From Eledone cirrhosa (taxonomy: Eukaryota): a stretch of DNA of 64,000 bases. The stretch is taken from contig OZ024741.1 of assembly GCA_964016885.1 (NCBI GenBank), positions 13,454,001-13,518,000 of the forward strand, given 5' to 3'. Of this stretch, positions 27,438 through 39,956 are shown piece after piece. Positions within the stretch are counted from its first letter, which is position 1; the number at the start of each line of letters is the position of its first letter. The notes below the pieces were generated by a model. That model saw nothing but the letters and a program-made list of their open reading frames with translations, did no database searches and was not told where the DNA came from. Made by a program: the position numbers and the translations under genes.

Positions 27438-27723
27438 GGAGGTGTCAGATTGGTAGAGATGTTAGAATCAACGACTCTGCCAGGTATATTCTCTGGCTCT
27501 CCGTCCTATGAGTTCAAATTTTGCCGAACTCAACTTTAAATTTCATCCTTCCAGAATCAATAAAATAAAGTAGTGATCCAGGGTGTTAGATTAGTGGAAT
27601 TGTTGATGAGTCAAATGGAATGTTTTGCAGTATTTGATCCAGCTCACTGTGTTCTGAGTTCAAATCCTGTCATGGTCAACTTTGACTTTCATCCTTGCAT
27701 GCACGTTAAAATAAAGTATCAGT
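27438..27723 (+). mobile_element. Two tandem degenerate SINE family B copies
   Basis: TGAGTTCAAAT...CAACTTT...TTCATCCTT...AAAATAAAGTA occurs twice (27438-27572, 27581-27723). Confidence 0.7.
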
Positions 27724-27954
27724 TCAGAGCGTTGGTTTGGTGGAATTGTTTGAGAGTTAAACACGATGAAGGAATGGATTAATTACCTAATAATAAAACC
27801 AAAGTGAAACTTAACTGCCTTGTGTGGTTATAACAGACACGCATATATACACAAACACTCACCCCCACACATACATACACACACATACACACATACACAC
27901 AAACACACACATATACACACACACCACACATGCAAATTAATACAGCCACTCATC

Positions 27955-29858
27955 CAACTGTCTGTGACGTCTCTGTCAACTGTCTGTGACCTCTCTGTCA
28001 ACTGTCTGTGACCTCTCTGTCAACTGTCTGAGACCTCTCTGTCAACTGTCTGTGACCTCTGTCAACTGTCTGTGACCTCTCTGTCAACTGTCTGTGACCT
28101 CTCTGTCAACTGTCTGTGACCTCTCTGTCAACTGTCTGTGACCTCTCTGTCAACTGTCTGTGACCTCTCTGTCAACTGTCTGAGACCTCTCTGTCAACTG
28201 TCTGTGACCTCTCTGTCAACTGTCTGTGACCTCTCTGTCAACTGTCTGTGACGTCTCTGTCAACTGTCTGTGACCTCTCTGTCAACTGTCTGTGACCTCT
28301 CTGTCAACTGTCTGAGACCTCTCTGTCAACTGTCTGTGACCTCTCTGTCAACTGTCTGTGACCTCTCTGTCAACTGTCTGTGACCTCTCTGTCAACTGTC
28401 TGTGACCTCTCTGTCAACTGTCTGTGACCTCTCTGTCAACTGTCTGTGACCTCTCTGTCAGCTGTCTGTGACCTCTCTGTCAGCTGTCTGTGACCTCTGT
28501 CAGCTGTCTGTGACCTCTGTCAACTGTCTGTGACCTCTCTCTGTCAACTGTCTGTGACCTCTCTGTCAACTGTCTGTGACCTCTCTGTCAACTGTCTGTG
28601 ACCTCTATGTCAACTGTCTGTGACCTCTTTATGTCAACTGTCTGTGACCTCTCTATGTCAACTGTCTGTGACCTCTGTCAACTGTCTGTGACCTCTGTCA
28701 GCTATCTGTGACCTCTCTGTCAACTGTCTGTGACCTCTCTGTCAACTGTCTGTGACCTCTCTATGTCAACTGTCTGTGACCTCTCTGTCAACTGTCTGTG
28801 ACCTCTGTCAGCTGTCTGAGACCTGTCTATGTCAACTGTCTGTGACCTCTGTCAACTGTCTGTGACCTCTCTGTCAACTGTCTGACCTCTCTATGTGAAC
28901 TGTTTGTGACCTCTGTCAGCTATCTGTGACCTCTCTATGTCAACTGTCTGAGACCTCTATGTCAACTGTTTGTGACCTCTCTAACTGTCTGTGACCTCTC
29001 TATGTCAACTGTCTGTGACCTCTCTGTCAACTGTCTGTGACCTCTCTGTCAACTGTCTGTGACCTCTGTCAGCTATCTGTGACCTCTCTGTCAACTGTTT
29101 GTAACCTCTCTGTCAATTGTCTGAGACCTCTCTATGTCAACTGTTTGTGACCACCATGTCAACTGTCTGTGACCTCTCTGTCAGCTGTCTGTGACCTCTC
29201 TATGTCAGCTGTCTGTGACCTCTCTATGTCAACTGTCTGTGACCTCTCTATGTCAACTGTCTGAGACCTCTCTGTCAACTGTTTGTGACCTATGTCAACT
29301 GTCTGTGACCTCTCTGTCAACTATCTGTGACCACCATGTCAACTGTCTGTGACCTCTCTGTCAACTGTCAGACCTCTGTCAATTGTCTGAGACCTCTCTA
29401 TGTCAACTGTTTGGGACCACCATGTCAACTGTCTGTGACCTCTCTGTCAGCTGTCTGCGACCTCTATGTCAACTGTCTGTGACCTCTCTGTCAACTGTCT
29501 GTGACCTCTCTATGTCAACTGTTTGTGACCTCTATGTCAACTGTTTGTGACCTCTCTGTCAACTGTTTGTGACCTCTCTGTCAACTGGCTGTGCCCTCTC
29601 TGTCAACTGGCTGTGACCTCTCTGTCAACTGGCTGTGACCTCTATGTCAACTGGCTATGACCTCTGTCAACTGGCTGTGACCTCTCTGTCAACTGGCTGT
29701 GACCTCTCTGTCAGCTGTCTGCGATCTCTATGTCAACTGTCTGTGACCTCTCTGTCAACTGTCTGTGACCTCTCTATGTCAACTGTGTGACCTCTCTGTC
29801 AACTGGCTGTGACCTCTCTATGTCAACTGTCTGTGACCTCTCTATGTCAACTGTCTGT
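27955..29858. repeat. 22-bp minisatellite (20/24-bp variants)
   Basis: Unit CTGTCAACTGTCTGTGACCTCT; homogeneous on the left, diverging rightwards. Confidence 0.97.
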
Positions 29859-30039
29859 GTATCAATTTAACAAATGTCAGTGGTATACACCATTGTTAAG
29901 AACACATATATGTCCCCCCCCCCAGAAGATATATCTAGCTATAGCTGTAGAAAATCTACCTCATAATGTCTCATATAACCCATGCTGGTGTATAATAAAC
30001 TCCTCGGAAAATGTTTAGGATTTTGATGTATGATTATCT

Positions 30040-31015
30040 TCACTACACCCTCCTCTACTATCATAATAATAATAATAATCATCATTGCCATCAGCACTAC
30101 TACCACTGCCATTTTCATTGTCACCAGCAATGCGATCGTCATCATCTTCGCCACCATCACTACTATCATTACAATCACCATCATCATCACTGCTATAATC
30201 CCCGTCATCCCTGCCAACACCACCATGTCATCAGTTCAGTCATCATATCTTCAGCACCATCACCACCATAACCACCACCATCACCACCACCACCACCACC
30301 ATCACCACCACCACCATCACCATAACAACCACCACCACCACCATCATATCCACCACCACCACCACCATAACCATCACCACCACCACCACCATCAGTGTCA
30401 TCATAACCACCACCACCACTACCATCATCACCAACACCACCACTACCACCACCATCACCACCACCATCACCACCAACACCACCACCACCACAAACACCAC
30501 CATCACCACCACCACCACCATCACTAACAACACCACTGCCAACACCACCATCACCACTATCACCAACAACACCAACACCACCACCACCATCACTAACAAC
30601 ACCACTGCCAACACCACCATCACCACTATCACCAACAACACCAACACCACCACCACCACTACCATCACCACCAACACCACCACCATCACCACCACAATGA
30701 CCACCATCACCACCACCATCACCATCACCACCACCACCATCACCACCACCACCACCAACAACACCACTGCTAACACCACTATCACCAACAACACCAACAC
30801 TACCACCACCACCATCACCAACACCACCACCACCACCACCAACTCCACCAACAACACCAACAGCACCACCACCACCATCACCACCAACACCACCGCCAAC
30901 ACCACCACCACCATCACCAACAACACCAACAGCACCACCACCACCACCATCACCAACAACACCAACAGCACCACCACCACCATCATCAACTCCATCACCA
31001 TCAGTGTCATCATAA
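30040..31015. repeat. (CAC/CAT/CAA)n trinucleotide low-complexity tract
   Basis: Direct reading. Confidence 0.95.
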
Positions 31016-31344
31016 CCATTAACCCCCACCACCTTACCCTTCCTGTTCCATTAACTTTGTCATAAACCAATCATCTTAACTATCTCCCATCATTTCTTTC
31101 AATTTTCTCTTCTTACAGTTTTATTTGTTTTATTTTATTTTTGGCAATTCTGACCTAATTCTTTTCTATAATTCTATTCCCACCCCCTACTATTTGGGGT
31201 TTATCTCTGTCTCTTTCCAAACAGCTCCTCCTCCCTCTCTCTCCATTGATTATTTGATCTTGTTCTATGAAACATCAGGCAGCATTAGAACATCAGATAG
31301 AATCTTTTATAATATTGTCCCAGTACTCATTGCTCTGAGGTTAT

Positions 31345-31415
31345 ATCGCACCAAGGTCAACTTTGCTTTTCATTCTTTCAAGGTCAATAACAAAAGCACC
31401 AGTCCAGTGTTGAGG
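31345..31415 (+). mobile_element. SINE family B fragment
   Basis: CCAAGGTCAACTTTGCTTTTCATTCTTTCAAGGTCAATAACAAAAGCACCAGT matches the centre of 46467-46651. Confidence 0.65.
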
Positions 31416-31514
31416 TAGATTCTTCCTCTATGTATCTCTAATTTCCTCTCGATCACTTTCTTTCTCCTCTGGAAGAAATTGGCTGTGTTCAGACCTGGAG
31501 AAAGATCAACTCTA

Positions 31515-31844
31515 GGGCGGGTAAAATTCCCGAGATCCATGGATGAGTTCTCTCCAGCGGTCTCTGTCCTTCATTATTGCTGCCATGTCCTGCGTCTCCA
31601 ACAGACCAGTGTCTGTCCTTAGGGCATCAACATATGTTAACCTCGGTCTCCCTCTTCCAGTGTGTCCATGCAGGGGCTCCCACAGGAGCAAAGATTGGGA
31701 ATACTGAAGATGATGTGGTCGAGAGAAAGCGCAAAGCCTGGGCGGCGTGCCACAGCTTGAGATCGGTGTCGAAGTCGGACCTTCGTAAAGACCTGAAGAT
31801 CCATCTTTTCATTGCTGTACGGGTCTGAGACTTGGACACTGACC
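31515..31844 (-). mobile_element. Short LINE family 3 insertion with 5' inversion and 13-bp TSD
   Basis: 31515-31690 matches ~61499-61672; 31685-31848 matches the reverse complement of ~61861-62041; TSD AAGATCAACTCTA / AAGATGAACTCTA. Confidence 0.88.
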
Positions 31845-32077
31845 AAGATGAACTCTACCAGGTTTAAAATGGCCAAGTATGTTACTACAGCAGCCCCATA
31901 ACTCCAGCAAGACCTACATGTCCACATACATCTATCAAACATCACATAAATTATCTGTCATGACAGTTTCATTCAGTTTCAACTAAAATTTCACTTGTTT
32001 ATCACAGGGTCATCAATATTCAACCTTAATAAAATGAACACACACACACACATACATATACACACATCCACAAATCT

Positions 32078-32280
<203 letters not shown>

Positions 32281-32423
32281 TTGTTCAATTAGAGAAAGTT
32301 AGGCGATTTAGAATCGGCCAACTTTTATACAACAGATATCAAGCACTCGACAGTAAATGTTTATCTGGAGTTTTGTTATAATAATAATAAACAAAAGACA
32401 GTTACTTTAGTCCATCCTGATTT

Positions 32424-32498
32424 ATTTTATTATACGTATTTCAAAGATGTATGGCTTATGTATAACATAAGTCAAAACATGTTCTCTTCAGATAAAAT
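32424..32498 (-). ncRNA. Type I hammerhead ribozyme motif 3' of the Penelope-like ORF
   Basis: Minus strand: ATTTTAT-CTGAAGA-GAACATGT...GACTTATGT-TAT-ACATAAGCC...ACATCTTT-GAAA-TACGTA-TA-ATAAAAT; perfect 7-bp stem I, palindromic stem III. Confidence 0.87.
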
Positions 32499-32800
32499 CC
32501 ACAGGGGATGTAGATATCATTTGATATGCTGGCAGTCATTTTCTAGCTATTTAGTTCGGTGGCCAGCAAGCATTTGCCTGGATAAAGCCTTGTCACAGAA
32601 GATATATGAGGGGGAAAAAAATATTACAGTTGGTGTTGGCATTTTTGAACTGACTAAAGTATGAGGTTACCAGATTGGTCAAATAAATCAAAAGAATGGA
32701 CCGTTAGTCTATTTATTTATCACTTATGTTAGATTAAATTAGATATTAAATCGAAATTATAGAAATTAAAAAATTTATTCAAAGATGCTAAAGTTATAAT

Positions 32801-32958
32801 TGTTTCTACTTTTGGCACAAGGCCAGCAATTACCCAGTGCATTACTGGCACTTTATTTTATCGACCCCGTAAGGATGAAAGGCAAAGTTAACCTCGACGG
32901 GATTTGAACTCAAACTGTAAAGGGACGTAACTATGCTGGAAAGCATGGTGTCTGACCC
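32801..32958 (-). mobile_element. SINE family B, 5'-truncated, 12-bp TSD
   Basis: TAAAGTTATAAT at 32789-32800 and 32959-32970; body matches 46467-46651. Confidence 0.9.
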
Positions 32959-33344
32959 TAAAGTTATAATGTAACTATATAATACAGAAAATATTAAATT
33001 ACTAATTTTGTAGTCAATTTATCTTAGTTTATATTTACAATTGTATTTTAGTAGATATTATATGAGTGGGAAAAATATTTAACAGTTGGCGTAGCTATTT
33101 TTCAGAACTGGCTAGGGTATCATGTTAGCAGATTAAACAATTAGTTCATTTTATGTTAGATTTAATTCACTTAGATACTATTTAAAATTTAAGATAGATG
33201 TTAAAGTTATAATGAAGTAAAATTACATTACTTATTTCATAGTCTAAAGCTTTATTTACATTTTAACAACAAATTAGCTTAAAACTATATATAAAGAAAT
33301 TTTGTATTGCTTATTTCATAGTCTATTTAGCTTTACTTACATTT

Positions 33345-33851
33345 TTAACTAAATACCCTATGAAACCTCTTGTCGAATTTGCAAAAACAAGAACTAAAGA
33401 TTTCTGAGCATTTATTTATAATTATTTGTCTATTGTCTATTATGTGAAGAATCTCTGTGATACAGAGGTCACACCCCTTAGATATAGATGCATTTTCATA
33501 AGGAAAAGCATGGGAAAGTTTCTGCCAAGAAAGGGAATATTCAATATTATTATTTTTAAGCGACCAAATCAATTCTAAGAGAGCCGTAGTAAATCTTTTA
33601 TCTTTTCTTTTAAACGAGTGGTGATGGTTATACCACCTTTCTTTAAATTTAGAAGTAGCAGCACCAATATAACTATAAGACTTATTATTCATTTTAACTA
33701 TGCATTCAAAAACTAAATTCTGATCAAGACAGTTATTTAGTGGGCAAGAATTACGATTTTTACAATTACAATTATTTCTGTTACTGTTCAAAGTTCCCTC
33801 TCTGTGTCTATGTTGGTAGGTTTCTCTCATCAATGTTAATGGTATTATCAC
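33345..33851 (-). pseudogene. GIY-YIG endonuclease fragment of a Penelope-like element
   Basis: CNCKNRNSCPLNNCL Cys linker, NLVF...YSYIG, FKERWYNHHHSF, CDLCITE, INKCSE. Confidence 0.85.
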
Positions 33852-34904
33852 TGCTATAGGAGATGTTATTTATTCTATTAGTGATTTTATGTTTACAATT
33901 GTGAGTTAACTCCCTATGTTTAATTCCCAGATTTCTATTGTTAATTTTTACTATATTTTGGACAATATTTGTAGTAGTTGAGTAGGAAAGTGTCGGTTAA
34001 AGATTTTACTGTATTTATGTGATCTAAGAAAACATTTATCTAATGCATTAAAGAAAAGATAAGCTAACTTCTTCTTAATTCCACAGAACAGAGCGAGATC
34101 GAACCCTCTTATGTGACTTATTGGTTGTATAAAAGTTATATCCATTTGAAATCTGATTTGTCCTGACTATAGTTTTGGTTTTGGATACTCACATTACTAC
34201 AATTGCCATTAACTATGTGTATATTAGTGTTAATATCTACTGCTTGTTTATCTCTATGTGGGGGTGAGGTGTAATTATTTTTATCTATATCCTTGTACTC
34301 AAATTTATCCTGGTAACCTGCTCTATCTAATGCATTATTAGAGTATCTAGCCTTGGTAATGGTCTAAATGGTTGTTACCGCCCTCATTCTGATATATATA
34401 TGGCAAATATCTGTGTAACTATAGTTAGAGGCAGTTCATCGGTTAAAACACTCAATGCTGTTACGAGGTTCCATCTGGTGTGGAGTTTATATTTCAGTGT
34501 TCTCCAGGATTAAGTGGTTCTAATGTGCAGAGCGTAAATACAGATAAGCAGGAATGACGTCAAGGTTGCACCTTAAATCAACTTTGTTTCAATGTATTCT
34601 GTACCTATGAATGTATATCTGATGAGATGTCGGTGCTAGATAGGGCCCCAAACATTATGATCAAACTCTGAGTTGATTCATATTGATACAGTTGTCATGC
34701 AATAAAATTCATGGGGCAACCTTGACTTTGTACCTGCTTACTTGTGTGTGTGATATATATATAGTAATAATAAATGTGAAGACTAAAATCCAAAGAGGGC
34801 ATGATAAGGATAAATATATAGCAAATATATAACATCCCGTTAAGGGTGAAAGCAGCGATTCTTTGCTTAAACTTTAATCTGTTATTTTAATATATATATG
34901 TGTG

Positions 34905-35023
34905 TGTAAAAGAAACCTAAGAACGCTTACATACTCAAACAGTTTTTATTTGCTTACAAATTGAAACATTGTAAGCAAATAAAAACTGTTTGAGTATGTA
35001 AGCGTTCTTTGGTTTCTTTTACA
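34905..35023. repeat. Near-perfect inverted repeat, ~55-bp arms, 9-nt spacer
   Basis: TGTAAAAGAAACC...TTTGCTTACAA-ATTGAAACA-TTGTAAGCAAA...GGTTTCTTTTACA, one mismatch. Confidence 0.95.
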
Positions 35024-35157
35024 TATAACGGCTCTGTTCTTGTACATTGAGCTAATACAATACTGTCATAATACAACACGGTGCATGTGTTTTTATGCAC
35101 ATATGCTCCATGCTATACGTAAATAAATATATATATATATATATACAAACATACAAT

Positions 35158-35473
35158 GGAAGCACATGGCTTAGTGGTTAGAGCATTGGGCTTGCAATCG
35201 AAAGGTTGTGAGTTCAATTCTCAGACCGGGTGATGTGTTGTTTCCTTGAGCAAGACACTTTATTTCACATTGCTCCAGTTTACTCAGCTGTAGAAATGAG
35301 ATGATAGGGACTGCAAAGTGGTCATTGAGGTGCCATGGAAAAAAAGCACTCAGCACTCACTGTAAATGAGGTTGGTGTTAGGAAGGGCATCCAGCTGTAG
35401 AAATAAAGCCAGAATCAGTTCCCGTCCCACCCTTGCAAGCAGGGAAAAGCGGACGTAAAATGATGATGATGAT
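35158..35473 (+). mobile_element. SINE family A copy lacking the internal hairpin
   Basis: GGAAGCACATGGCTTAGTGG head, B-box, core, RTE tail, (ATG)n. Confidence 0.93.
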
Positions 35474-36778
35474 ATATATATGACAGTCTCCCTAGTGTTT
35501 GGTAACCTACACGATAAACACACCCAGTACATGCTGTAAAGTGGCTGGTGGTATGAAGGACATCCAGCTATAGAAAGCTTGCGAAACAAAGTGCTGGGAT
35601 GAACCTCAGTTGTGTCAAAGACAGGACAAATTCTCCTGTGCACTAGATATATTGTAAGAGCTGTACATAAGAAAAGAAATCCCTGTCTGGGAGATCAGTA
35701 GCCACAGTTTCTATATTGTATATTAGAAAAGTTCTGTATACTTACCATTGTTTATATATCTTACAATTCTACCAATAATGTTTGTATGTGTAAATGAATG
35801 CATTTATATTTATGTATAATTATTCATGTCGTTATCATCTTCATATATGTTTTTTTTCTCAATATTTGCATAAGTTACACACATACACAGTTACACATAA
35901 GTTACACACACCCACAGACACATACATATATATTATGATCACACATTTCGATGGTATCATGGGTTAGAGTGGGTATCATGTTTTGAGATTTGACAGGTCA
36001 CACCACTATGACTTGCTCATGTCTATATTTTTGGTATGGTTTCTACTGAAGTATGCCCTTCCGAACTAATGCCAAAATAATATATGATGATGATACATCA
36101 TCATCCTTTGTCTGTCTTCTACGCTATGTATATCTTCATAATTAAGATTAATGTCAAAAGTATATATATATCAACAAAATTAGAATTTGGTTTTTTGCTC
36201 TAACATAGCAGATACATAAATATATTCGTTAGTTTTATATAAAATAATTATAATATTGCAAGCAAGCAACCTCATTATGCTATGATTTTCAGACGACCAA
36301 AAGGATGGCGGTGGTCATCTAAAAAACAGTGTAATGAGGTTGTTTACTTTCAAATGAATCAAATATTGTTATTATTCCATATAAAACTCATGAATACATT
36401 TATATATTTGTTTATTGTATTTGTTTTACAAGATTGTTGATGTGATATTGTTGATATTGTTATATTTGGGGATGGTTATGTCACTATAACCAATAGAAAG
36501 ACAAGATGGAGTAGACAAAATAAAACCAGAAGGAAGAGGACACAGAGGAAAACAGTCATTGAAGAGGTCACAGAATGTGTGACATACACGCATTCATATT
36601 GACACACACACATATACACATGCATGCATACAGATACATACACCCACTCATATTGATACATATATAAAGTTGCATACATATATACACAGTCAAAGATGGC
36701 GTTATATTGAGACAAACATACACAGATATAAACAGGTCAGTATTGATCTGCTGACCTGGATGAAGTCAGATCAGGCCT

Positions 36779-36935
36779 GGTCACTGATCTACTGACCACT
36801 GGGTCAAGTTAGGTCACTGATCTACTGACCACTGGGTCAAGTTAGGTCACTGATCTACTGACCACTGGGTCAAGTTAGGTCACTTCTCTATACTGGATAC
36901 TGAGTCAGGCCAGGTCACTGATCTACTGACCTGTT
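36779..36935. repeat. 33-bp tandem repeat, 3-4 copies plus degenerate flanks
   Basis: GGTCACTGATCTACTGACCACTGGGTCAAGTTA at 36779, 36812, 36845. Confidence 0.9.
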
Positions 36936-37147
36936 AACACTGGATGAGGTCAGCTTATTGACTAACTGAACATAGGGTCAAATTACAACCCCTTACAACA
37001 GTAATACAGCTCAGTTTTACACAACAAACACCTCATCACTACCAACTACATCAATTACAATAGTAACTACCGTAACTATAACAACAATAAATACAGCACT
37101 AACAATAACAACCGTATGTACAACTACAACAACAAAAGCAGCAATAA

Positions 37148-37365
37148 TGATTTCTAGTATAGGCACAAGGTCAGTAATTTGGGGGGAGGGGAAAGTCAAT
37201 TAAATCGACCACAGTATGTTACTGGTACTTTATTTTATTGACCCCGTAAGAATGAAAGGCAAAGTTAACCTCGGCGGGATTTGAACTCAGATCAAAAAGG
37301 ACTGTAACTCTATGCTGCAAGGCATGTTGCTCGACGCTCTACCGACACTGCCAATTCACTGCCCT
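37148..37365 (-). mobile_element. SINE family B, longer-tail variant
   Basis: Reverse complement of the family B head and centre, with an extra C-rich tail segment. Confidence 0.85.
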
Positions 37366-37705
37366 TAACAGCAATAATAATAACAAAGATACTCTCGAGT
37401 CTCTAGTAATCACCCCCAGCTTATTCATTTTTCAGATTACTCCCCTCCCATTCTTATTCCACCCTACCCCTAACCTCTGCTTATTAACTTCTGCTAATTT
37501 ATCTCCAGTGAAATTTTATTTTAAGTAGTAGCATTCCTGCGACAATTAATTTTCTATAGACATTAAAAAACATACATGATAAAAAAGTACATTACTAAAA
37601 ATCCGATATGTTATAAATAAATAGAATGGTTGGAGTCTCAATATGTAAACTAAACAATTATTTCTGTTTTTTTTTAAAAACAACCAACATAGACATCCTA
37701 GAAAA

Positions 37706-38702
37706 TCCCCACTTGCTTATTCCAGCTCCCCCACTTATTTCAGCGGCCCCACTTATTCCACCTCCCCCACTTATTCCAGCACCCCCATATATTCCACCCC
37801 CATTTATTCCACCTACCCCGCTTATTCCAGCACCCCCACTTATTCCACCACTCCTACTTATTCCACCTCCCCCACTTATTCCAGCTCCCCCATATATTCC
37901 ACCCCCACTTATTCCACCTACCCCGATTATTCCAGCACCCCCACTTATTCCACCACTCCTACTTATTCCACCACCCCCACTTATTACACCTCCCCCACTT
38001 ATTCCACCTGCCCCACTTATTCCACCACCACCACCATTTATTCCACCTCCCCCACTTATTCCACCCCCACTTATTCCACCTCTCCCACTTATTCCACCTC
38101 CCCCACTGATTCCACCGCCCCCACTGATTCCACCGCCCCCACTGATTCCACCTCCCCCACTGATTCCCCCCCCACTGATTCCACCTTCCCCACTGATTCC
38201 ACCCCCCCACTTATTCCACCTCTCCCACTTATTCCACCTACCCCCACTTATTCCACCTCCCCCACCTACCCCCACGTATTCCACCTCCCCCACCTACCCC
38301 CACTTATTCCACTACCCCCACTGATTCCACCCCCCCACTTATTCCACCTCCCCCACTGATTCCACCTCCCCCACTGATTCCCCCCCCACTGATTCCACCT
38401 TCCCCACTGATTCCACCCCCCCACTTATTCCACCTCTCCCACTTATTCCACCTACCCCCACTTATTCCACCTCCCCCACCTACCCCCACGTATTCCACCT
38501 CCCCCACCTACCCCCACTTATTCCACTACCCCCACTGATTCCACCCCCCCACTTATTCCACCTCCCCCACTTATTCCACCACCCCCACTGATTCCACCCC
38601 CCACTTATTCCACCTCTCCCACTTATTCCACCTACCCCCACTTATTCCACCTCCCCCACCTACCCCCACTTATTCCACCTCCCCCACCTACCCCCACTTA
38701 TT
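37706..38702. repeat. 18/15-bp C-rich minisatellite with ~214-bp higher-order duplication
   Basis: Unit CCCCCACTTATTCCACCT; identical ORF starts at 38293 and 38507. Confidence 0.93.
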
Positions 38703-38786
38703 TAGGACCCGAGAGTACCTTAAATAAGTATAACAATAACAACCATACGTTATATTCAGTTAAAAGTGAGAAGGGGATGCATGCTA

Positions 38787-39423
38787 TAGTAGGTGGTATT
38801 AACCCCACTGTATTACTGGTATGACTTAGTAGGTGGTATTAACCCCACTGTATTACTGGTATGACTTAGTAGGTGGTATTAACCCCACTGTATTACTGGT
38901 ATGACTTAGTAGGTGGTATTAACCCCACTGTATTACTGGTATGACTTAGTAGGTGGTATTAACCCCACTGTATTACTGGTATGACTTAGTAGGTGGTATT
39001 AACACCACTGTATTACTGGTATGACTTAGCAGGTGGTATTAACCCCACTGTATTACTGGTATGACTTAGTAGGTGGTATTAACACCACTGTATTACTGGT
39101 ATGACTTAGTAGGTGGTATTAACCCCACTGTATTACTGGTATGACTTAGTAGGTGGTATTAACACCACTGTATTACTGGTATGACTTAGTAGGTGGTATT
39201 AACCCCACTGTATTACTGGTATGACTTAGTAGGTGGTATTAACACCACTGTATTACTGGTATGACTTAGTAGGTGGTATTTACACCACTGTATTACTGGT
39301 ATGACTTAGTAGGTGGTATTAACACCACTGTATTACTGGTATGACTTAGTAGGTGGTATTAACACCACTGTATTACTGGTATGACTTAGGTGGTATTAAC
39401 ACCACTGTATTACTGGTATGACT
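38787..39423. repeat. 40-bp tandem repeat, ~16 copies
   Basis: TAGTAGGTGGTATTAACCCCACTGTATTACTGGTATGACT. Confidence 0.97.
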
Positions 39424-39624
39424 ATAGCTAGGTGGGACATTAGTGTACCTGCATCTCTATAGTGCCCCTGACTATCAAGGGCAATAGAGCTAGGTGGAAC
39501 ATTAGAGTACCTGCTTCTCTACGGTACTTCTGTAGAATCCATCTGACTTTATCGTACTCCTCATTATCAAGAGTAATTGAGCTAAGAGAGAGAGAGAGAG
39601 AGAAGAGTCCTCCTACCCCTGTCA

Positions 39625-39956
39625 TCTTCTATATATATAAAGGATGTGTGTGTCTGTGTACAACTTTGGATACCTAAGGCTTTTACAATTACCAACCGAA
39701 TTTGACCAAATTTTCTGTGCTCGTTGCACAGGTCGCTAAGATGGTCACATCACAATTTTTCAAATACACCCACGTTGAGCAATAAAAAAATCGATATCAA
39801 AATTATCGGTGGCAAAATTGTAAGGGAGATAACCAACTTTATTGACAAATATAAACATCAGATTCATTTGACGATAAATCACTAATATTATCGTTTGTTT
39901 CTTGTTTATTCTTTGTTGCATTTCAAACCCCGGGCAACGCCGGGTAAATCTGCTAG
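39625..39956 (+). mobile_element. Non-autonomous Helitron (332 bp)
   Basis: 5' TC (TCTTCTATATATATAAA) after A; 3' GC hairpin CCCGGGCAACGCCGGG, terminal CTAG followed by T; no TSD. Confidence 0.88.

Larger units (their letters stand above)
32424..34400 (-). mobile_element. Penelope-like retroelement remnant (Neptune-type GIY-YIG), 5'-truncated
   Basis: GIY-YIG ORF fragment, upstream decayed coding remnant (NALDRAGYQDKFEY near 34290-34335), AT-rich 3' region with internal duplication, same-strand hammerhead. Boundaries approximate. Confidence 0.75.

Noticed and set aside
29939-31070. Poly-His, poly-Thr, poly-Gly, poly-Val ORFs
   Set aside because: Trinucleotide tract open in most frames; no gene structure.
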